Below, one piece after another: positions 11,226 through 21,781 of a DNA stretch of 64,000 nt; the first letter of the stretch is position 1; each line of letters opens with the position of its first letter. A model generated the notes under the pieces. That model did not search any database, was not told the DNA's origin, and saw only the letters and a list, made by a program, of their open reading frames with translations. The translations under genes and the position numbers were made by a program. The stretch lies in NCBI GenBank assembly GCA_017621455.1, contig JAGATC010000017.1:113172-177171 (forward strand), given 5' to 3'. Source of the DNA: Alistipes sp. Lineage in GTDB: Bacteria; Bacteroidota; Bacteroidia; Bacteroidales; Rikenellaceae.

Positions 11226-11789
11226 CTATTTCTCCACACGCTTACCATCCACAATCTCGACATCATCCGAGTATATTGTGAGCGTGTGGTTTTGGTTCCA
11301 CTCCTCAATCTCGTTTATAATCTCGGGTGATAGTGTCTCAAACTCCGTAAAGTCAATATCGCCATGCTGCTCATTCAGAATCATGGTGTGGCCGCCACCT
11401 GCGGGAGCGTCAGCATCGCTACTAAAGGCTCTACCCTCGGCGCCACCCTCCACGCTCTCCACAGCATTAGGCTGCTGCATGATACGCTCCAAAAAGGAGG
11501 TAATGCGCGGGAAGAGATACATCATAGCCATGCCTACAATAATGATAAGCAGGGCGTAGCGCAATAGGCGGTTTGTCGCGGCGTTAGAGTCGGACTCACG
11601 CGCCTCACGACGGGCATCGCGCTGCGTGCGCAGGTAGTTACCCGGCTGATAGGGCATGTTATCACTCTCGCTCGATGTGCCATGCAGCTCCCTACGGCGC
11701 TGCTCCATAGCCTCCTTCTGGGGGTCGTAGAAGCGTGGCGTGTAGTTGAACTGACGTGGCTTCGTCTTATGCGGCCTAAATATTGACAT
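11226..11789 (-). CDS. Hypothetical single-TM protein
   Basis: PRQFNYTPRFYDP N-terminus, one hydrophobic helix, acidic C-terminus. Confidence 0.65.
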   Translation of the reverse strand: MSIFRPHKTKPRQFNYTPRFYDPQKEAMEQRRRELHGTSSESDNMPYQPGNYLRTQRDARREARESDSNAATNRLLRYALLIIIVGMAMMYLFPRITSFLERIMQQPNAVESVEGGAEGRAFSSDADAPAGGGHTMILNEQHGDIDFTEFETLSPEIINEIEEWNQNHTLTIYSDDVEIVDGKRVEK

Positions 11790-11897
11790 AACGTTTTATT
11801 GTTTTTATTCTTAAAGCGTGCTCCTCAAGCTATTTTTTGCGCGACTCTTGGGTTACGATGGGGTTCTATATATTAACTCATCTTATCCCATTGTTTC

Positions 11898-12026
11898 AAT
11901 TTGTTGTCAGAAGGGTGGTAGATGTGGCGCCAAGTCGAAATTGACACGGATGGGACATACTTGAAGTATTTCCCATTCGGGGCAATGAGCTTGGTGCCGC
12001 AGATGCCCCCTTATCACAACAAATTA
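11898..12026. mobile_element. MITE-like element, family A copy 2
   Basis: AATTTGTTGTCAGAAGGG ... CCCTTATCACAACAAATT imperfect TIRs; internal GGATGGGACATAC/GTATTTCCCATTC; right end includes the dnaJ TAA. Confidence 0.7.
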
Positions 12027-13196
12027 CCGAAAGAAGTTCTTCAAACGGCTAAATATATCGGGACTATCGCGGCGCTCCACACGCTGGAAGTTGGGCTCCT
12101 TGCTGAGCTGCTCAACAAGTTTACGCTCCTCCTTATTTATGCTTGTGGGGATGACAATGTCCACCACAACGATAATATCGCCACGACCACGGCCATTAAC
12201 ATCGGGCAGACCCTTACCTCTGAGGCGCAAGACCTTACCCGACTGTGTGCCTGCATCTATCGAGATGCGCACGCGACCATCGATGGTAGGCACCTCAGCC
12301 TCGCCGCCGAGTATCGCCGTAGTTACCGATATATCGAGGTTGTAGACAAGGTCGTTACCCTTACGCTTAAAGTCGGGGTGCTCCTCCTCCTTGATAACAA
12401 CGATAAGGTCGCCATTGATGCCGCCATGACGCGCAGCATTACCATGACCCTGAAGCGTGAGTGCCATGCCCTCCGACACACCTGCCGGAATACGCACCTC
12501 AACAACCTTATCGCCACGCTCCGTGCCCTCGCCACCGCAATAGGTACACTTATCCTTGATGATGCGACCCTCGCCATGGCATGTGGGACAGACACTCTGC
12601 GTCTGCATGCGACCAAAGAACGAGTTCTGCACCGTGATAACATATCCCGAGCCACCACACTGCGTACATGTGGTGTATGCCGACTTATCCTTAGCACCCG
12701 TACCACCGCAGTGCTCGCACTCTACAATCTTGTTGATTTTTAGCTTCTTGGTTACGCCCTCGGCAATCTCCTTAAGCGACAGCTTCACCGTAATGCGCAC
12801 ATCGCTACCACGGTTTACCCTCTGGCGGCCACGACCACGTGAGCCGCCACCAAAGCCGCCACCAAAGGCACCGCCAAAGATGTCACCAAACTGCTCGAAT
12901 ATATCGTCCATCGTGAAGCCACCAGCGCCACCAAAGCCGCCAAAGCCGCCAGCACCACCTCCAGGGCCATTCATGCCGGCATGACCGAAGCGATCGTAGC
13001 GAGCACGCTTATCGTCGTTCGACAGCACGTCGTACGCCTCGGCAGCCTCCTTAAACTTCTCCTCTGCCTCCTTATCACCAGGGTTCTTATCGGGGTGATA
13101 CTTGATAGCAGCCTTACGGTAGGCCTTCTTTATGGTGTCAGCATCGGCATTACGCTCAACGCCCAGCACCTCGTAGTAGTCTCTCTTCTCTGCCAT
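12024..13196 (-). CDS. dnaJ: Chaperone DnaJ
   Basis: J domain with HPD, G/F-rich linker, four CxxCxGxG repeats; start taken at MAEKRDYY. Confidence 0.98.
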   Translation of the reverse strand: MAEKRDYYEVLGVERNADADTIKKAYRKAAIKYHPDKNPGDKEAEEKFKEAAEAYDVLSNDDKRARYDRFGHAGMNGPGGGAGGFGGFGGAGGFTMDDIFEQFGDIFGGAFGGGFGGGSRGRGRQRVNRGSDVRITVKLSLKEIAEGVTKKLKINKIVECEHCGGTGAKDKSAYTTCTQCGGSGYVITVQNSFFGRMQTQSVCPTCHGEGRIIKDKCTYCGGEGTERGDKVVEVRIPAGVSEGMALTLQGHGNAARHGGINGDLIVVIKEEEHPDFKRKGNDLVYNLDISVTTAILGGEAEVPTIDGRVRISIDAGTQSGKVLRLRGKGLPDVNGRGRGDIIVVVDIVIPTSINKEERKLVEQLSKEPNFQRVERRDSPDIFSRLKNFFR

Positions 13197-13210
13197 AACA
13201 TCCAATTCAA

Positions 13211-13831
13211 TTATTCGCCAACAACGACCTTAGCGTAGCGCAATACGTGGTCGCCCATCTTATAGCCGCGCTGCACGCAGTCGATAACAAGGCCGCGCTT
13301 ATCCTCTCCCGCCGCAAAGCGAGCCACGGCCTCCTGCTCATCCTCATTGAAAGGCTTACCTACGCAGTCGATGGCGGTGATACCCGCAGCATTAAGCACG
13401 CTCTCAAACTTCTTCATAACCAAGGTTTCGCCCTCACGCAACGCAACAATATCCTCACTCTTTGCCGAGGCTACTACTGCACGCTCCATATCGTCAAGAA
13501 TGGGCAGCACAGCCTTCCAAGCACCCTCCGAGCCACGCTCCACAAGTTCCATCTTCTCCTTGATGGTGCGCTTACGGAAGTTGTCAAACTCGGCCTGCAG
13601 ACGCATATACTTATCGCGCCATACGGCAATCTGCTCCTCAAGCGATGGCTCTGCGGGCTCCGCAGCTGACATATTGTCATCTGCAAGCTCCGCATCGACT
13701 GCCACATTGTCATTAGTCTGGGCAGTCTCGGTCTGCGCAGCTGCCTCCTCGTTTATCGATGTTTTCTTCATATCTCTCTCTTTATCAATCTTTTTCCTAT
13801 TCATAAACGGCATAAATTTAAATTGATTCAT
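13211..13831 (-). CDS. grpE: Nucleotide exchange factor GrpE (true start probably downstream)
   Basis: [40 protein letters not shown]. Confidence 0.95.
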   Translation of the reverse strand: MNQFKFMPFMNRKKIDKERDMKKTSINEEAAAQTETAQTNDNVAVDAELADDNMSAAEPAEPSLEEQIAVWRDKYMRLQAEFDNFRKRTIKEKMELVERGSEGAWKAVLPILDDMERAVVASAKSEDIVALREGETLVMKKFESVLNAAGITAIDCVGKPFNEDEQEAVARFAAGEDKRGLVIDCVQRGYKMGDHVLRYAKVVVGE

Positions 13832-13846
13832 ATATATATGAACAAA

Positions 13847-14563
13847 TTATATGCCTAATAAAAATATCGTCGGGCGCTTCTCTATCTGTGGCACTCCCAC
13901 CTTACGCCACTCTCCCACCGTAAGCGTACGTATAAACTCATCGGGGGCAGTTATGTCGGCTGCCACTGTTAGCCTCATTCGTGGCGAGAGGCTCTTAATG
14001 AGCGTATCAAAGAGCTTAATATTGCGGTACGGCGCCTCGATAAATAGCTGCGACTGATGCTCCTCCACAACCCTACGCTCAAGCTCCTTGAGCCTACGTC
14101 CGCGCTCGGGCTCCTTGATAGGCAGGTAGCCCACAAAGGCGAACGACTGGCCGTTAAGTCCCGATGCCATTACGGACATAAGTATCGACGAGGGACCAAC
14201 AAGCGGCACCACACGCACACCATGGCGGTGCGCCAAGGCAACAATAGCGGCACCAGGGTCGGCAACACCCGGAACACCCGCCTCGGAGATAACACCTGCC
14301 GAGCGGCCCTCAACCACGGGGCGAAGCATGCGCTCCACCTCGCGCTCATCTGTAGTATGCTCGTTGAGCTCCACAAACTCCAGTTCCTCGATGCGGCGCT
14401 TAACACCCGCCTTCGAGAGAAACCTACGCGCCGAACGCGTATTCTCTACGATGAAGTAGTCGAGTGAGTCCATAACCTTGCGGTTAGCCTCCGGCAGCAC
14501 ATCCCACACTGGCGTCTCATCCGATATGGGACATGGAATCATATATATCGTACCCTTGGTCAT
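13847..14563 (-). CDS. Tetrapyrrole-methylase/RsmI-like SAM-dependent methyltransferase
   Basis: ISEAGVPGVADPGA, VPLVGPSS, FIEAPYRN. Confidence 0.85.
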   Translation of the reverse strand: MTKGTIYMIPCPISDETPVWDVLPEANRKVMDSLDYFIVENTRSARRFLSKAGVKRRIEELEFVELNEHTTDEREVERMLRPVVEGRSAGVISEAGVPGVADPGAAIVALAHRHGVRVVPLVGPSSILMSVMASGLNGQSFAFVGYLPIKEPERGRRLKELERRVVEEHQSQLFIEAPYRNIKLFDTLIKSLSPRMRLTVAADITAPDEFIRTLTVGEWRKVGVPQIEKRPTIFLLGI

Positions 14564-16923
14564 CGCTCTGCATATATTCGTTTTACTCGTGCCGAAATCG
14601 AGGTCATAATCTCATACGAGATGGTGTCGAGCACACGTGCCATATCCTCAAGCGTATTACCCGCCTCGGGGCCAAATATGGTCACCGTGTCACCCACTTC
14701 CACTCCCGCAATGCCCGTGATGTCAATCATGGCGCTATCCATACATACGCGGCCAATAATCGGGGCACGCTTGCCTCCCACAATCACCTCCCAACGGCCA
14801 TTGCCAAGATGGCGGTCGAGACCATCGGCATAGCCCACAGGTATGGTTGCCGTAACTGTCTCGTGCTCGGTGCGTGCCGCACGGCCATAGCCTATCGACT
14901 CTCCCGCAGCGAGGTTCTTAATCTGCACGATGCGTGTCGAGAGCGTAGCAACAGGTATAAGGCTGTCGTTATGCTCAAAACCAAAGCCATAGAGGCCTAA
15001 GCCTAAACGGCACATATCGAAGTATGCCTCCTTGAAACGCACGATGGCTGCCGAGTTGGCAATATGGCGCAGAGGCTTGTAGTCGAGCCACTCGGTGAGC
15101 TGCTGGCTCATATAGTCGAACGCCGCAATCTGCTTGCGTGTAAAGTCATCCTCCTCAACAACATCGGCACTCGACAGATGTGAGAATATTGATGCAACAC
15201 GCAGCGTAGTGTCGAGGTGAATGGCGCGACCCAAGAGGTCTATCTCGTCATCCACAAAGCCGAGGCGGTGCATGCCTGTGTCGAGCTTGATGTGTATGGG
15301 GTACGCCTCGCGGTGGGCATGGTGCACGGCGCGACGGAAAGCATCCAACGAATGGAAGCTATATATCTCAGGTTCAAGGTCGTGGGCAATCATCATATCG
15401 AAGCTATCCTGGTCGGCATTGAGCACTACGATAGGCATTGTTATACCCTTCTTTCTCAACGTAACGCCCTCATCGGCAAAGGCTACAGCTAAGTAGCGCA
15501 CGCCCTCATGCTGAAGCATGCGTGCCACATCCACATCACCCGTACCGTAGCTACCAGCCTTGACCATTGCCACTATCGGGTGGTGCTGAGGCAGATGCTG
15601 ACGGAAGTAGTTCAAGTTCTTCTTCATCGCTGCAAGGTCTACCTCCAAGGTGGTGGTATGCGTACGGCGCTCCAATAGGCGCGTGAGGCGCTCAAACCTA
15701 CTATCGCGGCTACCCTTAACCAATATCACCGACTTAGCCCAACGCTCACGGTCGAAGTTCTCGATAAGTTCATCTGTCGAGAGGTAGAACGACGAGCCTC
15801 GTGGGAAGAGGTGCGCAAACGACGATATGGTCTCGCCAACGCCTATAAGGTGATCGACAGCAGCCTTCTTAACAGCCACTGCCACACGGCCATATAGCTC
15901 CTCGCTCGGTATGCCACTCTGGCGAATATCCGAGATTACAGCCACCCTACGGCGGCCCATCGACTGCACATAGAGGGCGTTAAGTGCCACGGCCACGGAG
16001 TTAATATCCGAGTTATACGTGTCGTCGATAATCATCGAGTCGTCGACACCCTCCTTCAGCTCAAGGCGCATGGCCACATTTGCCGAGAATACAGCATCGT
16101 CAACGCCATAACCCAAGCGGCGCATAAGTGCCGAGACATGTAGCGCATCCACCGATAGAGCATCGCTCAACTCAAGCTCATCCTCTACCGACTCTATGCT
16201 ACTATCTATAAGCTCACGGTCGCCATATAGCTCCTCCACGGCTTCGGCCAACGACTGATACTCGCTACTATATATAATGGTATGCGCGCGACGTGCCAAG
16301 AGTAGCTTCTCCTCAATCTTCTGGCGCTCGGACTTAAAGTTTGCCGAGTGCGCATCGCCAATCGAGGTCACCACCACTATGTCGGGGCGAATCATAGCCT
16401 CGAGGCGCTCCATCTCACCAGGCTCCGAGATACCCGCCTCGATGAATGCCACCTCCTCCGTGCCATCGAGCATCAAGAGCGATAGCGCCACACCGAGCTG
16501 CGAATTGTAGCTCTTGGGCGAGGCGAACGAACGCACCGTATCGGGCATCGAGCGCGACGCCCACTCCTTAACAATGGTCTTACCATTCGAGCCAGTGATG
16601 GCCACCACCCTACCTCTGAAATCGCGACGATGGTGTGCAGCAAGCCTCTGTAGCGCAACTATCGCCGAGGCAACAACCACAACACCCACACCCTCAGCGG
16701 GCATATCCACCTCACGCTCCACGATAAAGGCCTTAACGCCACGTGCAACCATTGCAGGGATGAAGTCGTGACCATCGTGGTGCTTACCATTGATCGCCAC
16801 AAATATTACATCGTCGGACGAGAGTACACCGCGCGAATCGGTAACGACCTCCTTCACACGAAGGTCACAACCACGATGCTCACCACCCACGATACGGGCA
16901 ATTTCAGACAATAGGTAATTCAT
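14560..16923 (-). CDS. alr: Bifunctional MurF / alanine racemase
   Basis: TDSR, ITGSNGKT, DTYNSD, VKGSR; AMVKAGSYG (PLP Lys), HIKLDTGMHRLG, GESIGYG, GRVCMD. Confidence 0.95.
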   Translation of the reverse strand: MNYLLSEIARIVGGEHRGCDLRVKEVVTDSRGVLSSDDVIFVAINGKHHDGHDFIPAMVARGVKAFIVEREVDMPAEGVGVVVVASAIVALQRLAAHHRRDFRGRVVAITGSNGKTIVKEWASRSMPDTVRSFASPKSYNSQLGVALSLLMLDGTEEVAFIEAGISEPGEMERLEAMIRPDIVVVTSIGDAHSANFKSERQKIEEKLLLARRAHTIIYSSEYQSLAEAVEELYGDRELIDSSIESVEDELELSDALSVDALHVSALMRRLGYGVDDAVFSANVAMRLELKEGVDDSMIIDDTYNSDINSVAVALNALYVQSMGRRRVAVISDIRQSGIPSEELYGRVAVAVKKAAVDHLIGVGETISSFAHLFPRGSSFYLSTDELIENFDRERWAKSVILVKGSRDSRFERLTRLLERRTHTTTLEVDLAAMKKNLNYFRQHLPQHHPIVAMVKAGSYGTGDVDVARMLQHEGVRYLAVAFADEGVTLRKKGITMPIVVLNADQDSFDMMIAHDLEPEIYSFHSLDAFRRAVHHAHREAYPIHIKLDTGMHRLGFVDDEIDLLGRAIHLDTTLRVASIFSHLSSADVVEEDDFTRKQIAAFDYMSQQLTEWLDYKPLRHIANSAAIVRFKEAYFDMCRLGLGLYGFGFEHNDSLIPVATLSTRIVQIKNLAAGESIGYGRAARTEHETVTATIPVGYADGLDRHLGNGRWEVIVGGKRAPIIGRVCMDSAMIDITGIAGVEVGDTVTIFGPEAGNTLEDMARVLDTISYEIMTSISARVKRIYAER

Positions 16924-16943
16924 TGTTATACTGTTATTTATCT

Positions 16944-19442
16944 TTATAAATCTCTTTTAAACGTCACTACCGTGATGCCGGCGCCACCTCTATCGGCATG
17001 GTCATCCTTGATGCTCTCGATGTCACGTATCGTGCGCAGATACTTGCGTATCTCCTCCTTCAGAGCACCCGTACCCTTACCATGGAGTATCGTAACACCC
17101 GACACACCCACCATAAGGGCATCATCCACAAGGTCTTCGACTGCTGCTAATGCCTCCACCGCGCGCATACCGCGCACATCGATGCTATCACGGAAGTTGA
17201 GCTTGCGCTCGCGTATATCCACCGATACCACCGTGCGTGCCGTCGTGGGACGTGTAGCCTCACGGTACTCTGCCGACGATACGCCCTTCAACCTATCGAG
17301 CTCCACCATTATCATCATCTGGCCGAAAGCCACCTGCGCCCTCTTACCCTTAATCATCTGCACCACGCCAGGCACATCCTGACCCTCGATCTTCACCTTC
17401 GAGCCAACCTCAATCTTTACGGGCTTCACCTCCGCGGGCTTTGTCTCCGCCACAGCGCCACTCTCACGCTCTGCGGCACGCTGCTCACGACGCTCACGAC
17501 GACGTGCCAAGCGCTCCATCTCGCGCTCTATGCGCTCATCTTTAGCACTCTTCGCGCCATCCTCCACAGCCTCAGCGAAGCCCACAAGCTCTTTGCGGGC
17601 AAGGCGCGTAAGCTCCTTATCGGCTTGCGACTCGCGGATGGTGCGTATCGTATTCTCAATCTGGCGGTTAGCCTCAGCAATCAGGGCATCTGCCTCCTTG
17701 CGTGCCTTATCCAATATCTCCTTACGCTCGTCGCGTATCGACTGCAGACGGTCGGTGTAGGTCTGCTCCAACTGCTCCACCTTGCGGTCGGTTTGACGTA
17801 TGCGGTCGCGCTTCTCTGCCCAGTAGCGCTTGTCGCGGGCAATCTCGCGCAACTGCTTCTCGAGGTTGATATGGTCCTCTCCCGCCTTATCCATGGCCTT
17901 GCGAACAATATCTTCGGGAAGACCAATCTTACGCGCCACCTCTATGGCAAACGAGCTACCAGGCTTACCCATCTCGAGGCTAAAGAGCGGCTGTATCTGC
18001 TTCACGTCGAACGACATAGCTCCGTTAGCCACGCCCTCGTTACGCGAGGCGAAGTACTTTATGTTGGCGTAATGCGTGGTGATTACACCATAGGCCTTGC
18101 GCTCAACAAAGCGTTCGAGTATCGACTCCGATATGGCGCCACCAATCGTAGGCTCTGTACCTGAGCCAAACTCATCAATCATGATGAGCGTCCTCTCGGA
18201 TGCCTCCTGTAGCATCGCCTTCATATTGACGAGGTGCGACGAGTAGGTCGAGAGGTCGTTCTCCAACGACTGCTGGTCGCCGATGTCTATCATCAGCGAG
18301 TCGAAGAGCGGAAACTCCGAGTTCTCCAAGCAGGGGACTAAAAATCCGCACTGCACCATATATTGCAGTATGCCCGTGGTCTTGAGGCATACCGATTTAC
18401 CACCAGCATTAGGTCCCGAGATAACCAAAATGCGACGCTCGGCATTTAGCTCCATGTCGAGCGGCACGATAGCCTTTCCCTGCGCCTTCAGGGTCTGCTC
18501 CAGAAGCGGGTGGCGTCCCTTACGCACCAAGAGGCGTCCCTCGGTCGAGATAATGGGCTTCACGGCACCATTATCGAGTGCCCAGCGCGCCTTAGCACGA
18601 AGCAGGTCTATACGCGTCAGGTACTCCTCGATACGGCTAAGGCCCTCAACATCAACGCGTAGCTCTGCCGTAAGTTCTGTGAGTATACGCACAATCTCGC
18701 GCATCTCGGCATACTCCAGTTCGCGTAGCTCGTTGTTTAGCTCCACCACCTCCACGGGCTCGACATAGAAGGTACGTCCCGTTGCCGACTCATCGTGAAT
18801 AAATCCCGCTAACTTACGCTTGTTTGCCGCAGCAACGGGGATAACCGCATGGCCATCACGTATCGAAATCATGGCATCAGCCTCAACGATACCCGCCGCC
18901 TTAGCTCGCTGCAACACCTGCTGCAGGCGCTTTGCCACCTGTCCCTCATGCTCTCGTATCGAGTGGCGTATGGTCGATAGCTCCGAAGATGCAGACGAGC
19001 GCACCTCGCCCTTATCGTCTACGACAGCCTCGATGCGACGTTGCAGCTCTGGGAAGAGCACCACGCGCTCGGTCATGCGTTTAAGTGCCGGATAGCTACC
19101 CTCGCGGCGCGAACGAATGAAGCCCACTATGATACTCACCCCGCGCAACGCTCTGAGCAACACCGCACACTCATCAGCCATGAGGTAGGCACCCTCAACG
19201 GCAATCTTGTCGATGATTGAACGCAGGTCCTCCTGCTCGCCAATCTCCGCACCTGGCTCCATGGCCAGCACCGTGCGCATCTCATCGGCAAGCGTAAGGC
19301 GCTCCTCGACCTCACGGCGTGAGCGCGAAAAGCCCTCATTCGCCATAAGTTCGCGCGCCGAGAGCATCGAGCATCGCTCTATAATCTGCTCACGGATGCG
19401 GTCGAAGCCGACCCTCTGTTCAAAATTCGACGGATAAATCAT
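16944..19442 (-). CDS. mutS2: Endonuclease MutS2
   Basis: ISGPNAGGKS, IDEFGSGTEP, TTHY, C-terminal Smr domain (HGKGTG); start taken at MIYPSNFE. Confidence 0.95.
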   Translation of the reverse strand: MIYPSNFEQRVGFDRIREQIIERCSMLSARELMANEGFSRSRREVEERLTLADEMRTVLAMEPGAEIGEQEDLRSIIDKIAVEGAYLMADECAVLLRALRGVSIIVGFIRSRREGSYPALKRMTERVVLFPELQRRIEAVVDDKGEVRSSASSELSTIRHSIREHEGQVAKRLQQVLQRAKAAGIVEADAMISIRDGHAVIPVAAANKRKLAGFIHDESATGRTFYVEPVEVVELNNELRELEYAEMREIVRILTELTAELRVDVEGLSRIEEYLTRIDLLRAKARWALDNGAVKPIISTEGRLLVRKGRHPLLEQTLKAQGKAIVPLDMELNAERRILVISGPNAGGKSVCLKTTGILQYMVQCGFLVPCLENSEFPLFDSLMIDIGDQQSLENDLSTYSSHLVNMKAMLQEASERTLIMIDEFGSGTEPTIGGAISESILERFVERKAYGVITTHYANIKYFASRNEGVANGAMSFDVKQIQPLFSLEMGKPGSSFAIEVARKIGLPEDIVRKAMDKAGEDHINLEKQLREIARDKRYWAEKRDRIRQTDRKVEQLEQTYTDRLQSIRDERKEILDKARKEADALIAEANRQIENTIRTIRESQADKELTRLARKELVGFAEAVEDGAKSAKDERIEREMERLARRRERREQRAAERESGAVAETKPAEVKPVKIEVGSKVKIEGQDVPGVVQMIKGKRAQVAFGQMMIMVELDRLKGVSSAEYREATRPTTARTVVSVDIRERKLNFRDSIDVRGMRAVEALAAVEDLVDDALMVGVSGVTILHGKGTGALKEEIRKYLRTIRDIESIKDDHADRGGAGITVVTFKRDL

Positions 19443-19502
19443 ATCTTTAACGACCATGCACCACACCCCGCAACTACGGAGCATGGTGCACGTATTAAAT
19501 CA

Positions 19503-20474
19503 TTAGTTTGCAGCCTTCTCTGCCCTTGCAGCCTCTCTTGCAGCGCGCTTCTCAGCCTTAGCCTTAGCCTTCTCCTCCGACTGACCGAATACCGAGATGT
19601 TGATATAGCGCTTAGGATTAGTCTTAATATCCTCGAGCAACAAGCCAAGGTTGTCGCTTGCGGTGTTGAGCGAGTTGTAGAGCTCCTCGTCGTTAAGAAG
19701 CTTACCCACAGAGCCCTCACCCTCCTGGATAGATGCAAGCACAGCATTGAGCGAGTCGACAGTTGCTGTAAGCTGATTTACAAGGTCAGCATCTGCCAAG
19801 TCGCCACTGAAGGTCTCGAGGTTTGCAAGCATAGCCTCGATGCGCTCCGAGTTCTCCGAGAGCGTTGTGGTGAATGTGTGGAGGTCGTTGAGAGCGCCCT
19901 CGATGTCGCCGCTCGACGCCGACAACAAGTTGTCGATAGACGATGTCATAGACTCTAAGTTAGCAATCATCTGACCAATCTCCTCGCTATTATCGTCAAG
20001 CAACGCATTGACGTTGGTAACCGTAGTATTGAGGTTCTCAAGAAGAGCGCCACCCTGGTCTGCCAATGAGCCAAGCATATCGGGACGAACACGGCCCTCA
20101 AACTCGCCACCATCCTTCATCACTGTCTCCGAGTCACCCTGGATGATGTAGATCTCCATACCACCCATAAGACCCGACGAGCCAAGCTCAGCAACAGAGT
20201 TATCGGGAATCATATCGGCATACTTATCCTCGATGGCAATCTCCACCTCTACCTTGTCACCCAAAAGCGTGATAGAGCGAACGTTACCCACCTCTACGCC
20301 ACGCAGCTTAACACGCGACGACTCCTGCAAGCCCGACACATCGTCGTAGTGAACATAGTAGATATTGTCAGACAAAAGGATGTTCTGACCACCGAGCCAC
20401 TTGATACCCCACCACGATACCAAGATTACGATGACGGCAAATGTGCCGACCTTCAACATACTGCTAATCTTCAT
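19503..20474 (-). CDS. MlaD/MCE family protein
   Basis: N-terminal TM, VSGLQESSRVKLRGVEVGNV MCE motif, helical tail ending DIKTNPKRY. Confidence 0.88.
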   Translation of the reverse strand: MKISSMLKVGTFAVIVILVSWWGIKWLGGQNILLSDNIYYVHYDDVSGLQESSRVKLRGVEVGNVRSITLLGDKVEVEIAIEDKYADMIPDNSVAELGSSGLMGGMEIYIIQGDSETVMKDGGEFEGRVRPDMLGSLADQGGALLENLNTTVTNVNALLDDNSEEIGQMIANLESMTSSIDNLLSASSGDIEGALNDLHTFTTTLSENSERIEAMLANLETFSGDLADADLVNQLTATVDSLNAVLASIQEGEGSVGKLLNDEELYNSLNTASDNLGLLLEDIKTNPKRYINISVFGQSEEKAKAKAEKRAAREAARAEKAAN

Positions 20475-20518
20475 AATTTATTCTGTTTTTTGTTATTATC
20501 ATTGAGTCTGTGTGGCAA

Positions 20519-21628
20519 CTACTGCGTAACGATATTACCGCCCTTGAATCTAACCACGTAGGCATCCTTAAAGGTCTTTTTAGCCTCCTCAAGGTCGCGC
20601 TTAGCAGCCTCACGCGAGGCGTAGCTACCGTAGCAATACTTATATTTGTATCGGCCCGTGCTCATCAGCAATCGCACACGGCCCTTATACCCCTTGAACT
20701 GATAGTCGTTCGTGTCAACCTCGTGCGTTGCCGATATTAGCTGAATGGTATAACCCTCCTCCAACGCCTCGTCACTCGCCGCAGGCTGTGCCTCACTCAC
20801 ACTCTGCTCCTCGGTTGTTGCCGACACATCTCCCGACAGCGCATCGAGACTCTCAAAGAAGCTAACAATAGCATCGCTAATAGCCCCCGCAATCTCCTTC
20901 TTACCCTTTTCCGAAGAGATATAGGCAAGGTCCTTAGCATTTGTCATATAACCCACCTCGATAAGCACGCCGTGACCCTCCAGATAGTAGAGCATGGTCC
21001 AAATCTTTCCCGACTTGACACCGAGGTTCTTAAGTCCCAACTTATTAATATTGTCGCAGCACTGCTGTGCAAACATACGGTTGCGAGGCTCGTTGTCGAG
21101 CTGGCGTGTGAGCACCTTGATAAAGCCCATCGACTTGGTGTCGAGGTCGTTGATGTCGAGCGCATCGCCATCGTCCGCAAAGAGGTTTGCACGGGCATTA
21201 TTCTGTTTCATCAGCGACTCGTCGAGCGACAATACCCACGCCTCACAGCCATTAGTGGTGGTGTTACCTATGGCGTTGGCGTGAATACCTACCGTAAGGT
21301 CAGCACCCTTGCTGTTGGCAAACTCAGCACGCATACGGTTATCCTTAGTCTGGTCGGCATTGTAGGCAGAATCGCAGTGGCGTGTGAGGTAGACATCCAA
21401 TTCGGGCATCTTCGTAGCGAGCTGACGACGCACCTCCTTCGATATGTCGAGGACAATATCCGCCTCATGCACCTTGCCCACAACCTTACCAGGACGGGGG
21501 CCTCCATGACCTGGGTCGAGTACCACCACTCTTTTTCGTGAGCTATCGACAACATTTCCCGCCTGTTGAGCGTTAGCAACAACAGGTAGCATAAGCGACA
21601 CAAGGAGTGCTATTATGAGATTTCTCAT
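20519..21628 (-). CDS. N-acetylmuramoyl-L-alanine amidase (Amidase_3) with C-terminal SPOR-like domain
   Basis: LDPGHGG, HEAD, GIHAN and LIEVGYMTN Zn and catalytic residues. Confidence 0.9.
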   Translation of the reverse strand: MRNLIIALLVSLMLPVVANAQQAGNVVDSSRKRVVVLDPGHGGPRPGKVVGKVHEADIVLDISKEVRRQLATKMPELDVYLTRHCDSAYNADQTKDNRMRAEFANSKGADLTVGIHANAIGNTTTNGCEAWVLSLDESLMKQNNARANLFADDGDALDINDLDTKSMGFIKVLTRQLDNEPRNRMFAQQCCDNINKLGLKNLGVKSGKIWTMLYYLEGHGVLIEVGYMTNAKDLAYISSEKGKKEIAGAISDAIVSFFESLDALSGDVSATTEEQSVSEAQPAASDEALEEGYTIQLISATHEVDTNDYQFKGYKGRVRLLMSTGRYKYKYCYGSYASREAAKRDLEEAKKTFKDAYVVRFKGGNIVTQ

Positions 21629-21781
21629 AAAATATTCCGGTTAATACAAAAAATTTACTATATTTGCGGGTTGTTCGCGCCATACGAGCGCGCACTCCCA
21701 TACGCAGGAGCGAGTGTTAACACTCAGTCCCTGTCGGGTTTGCCGACATGCGTCGGCAAAGTTACAAAAAATAATTGAATT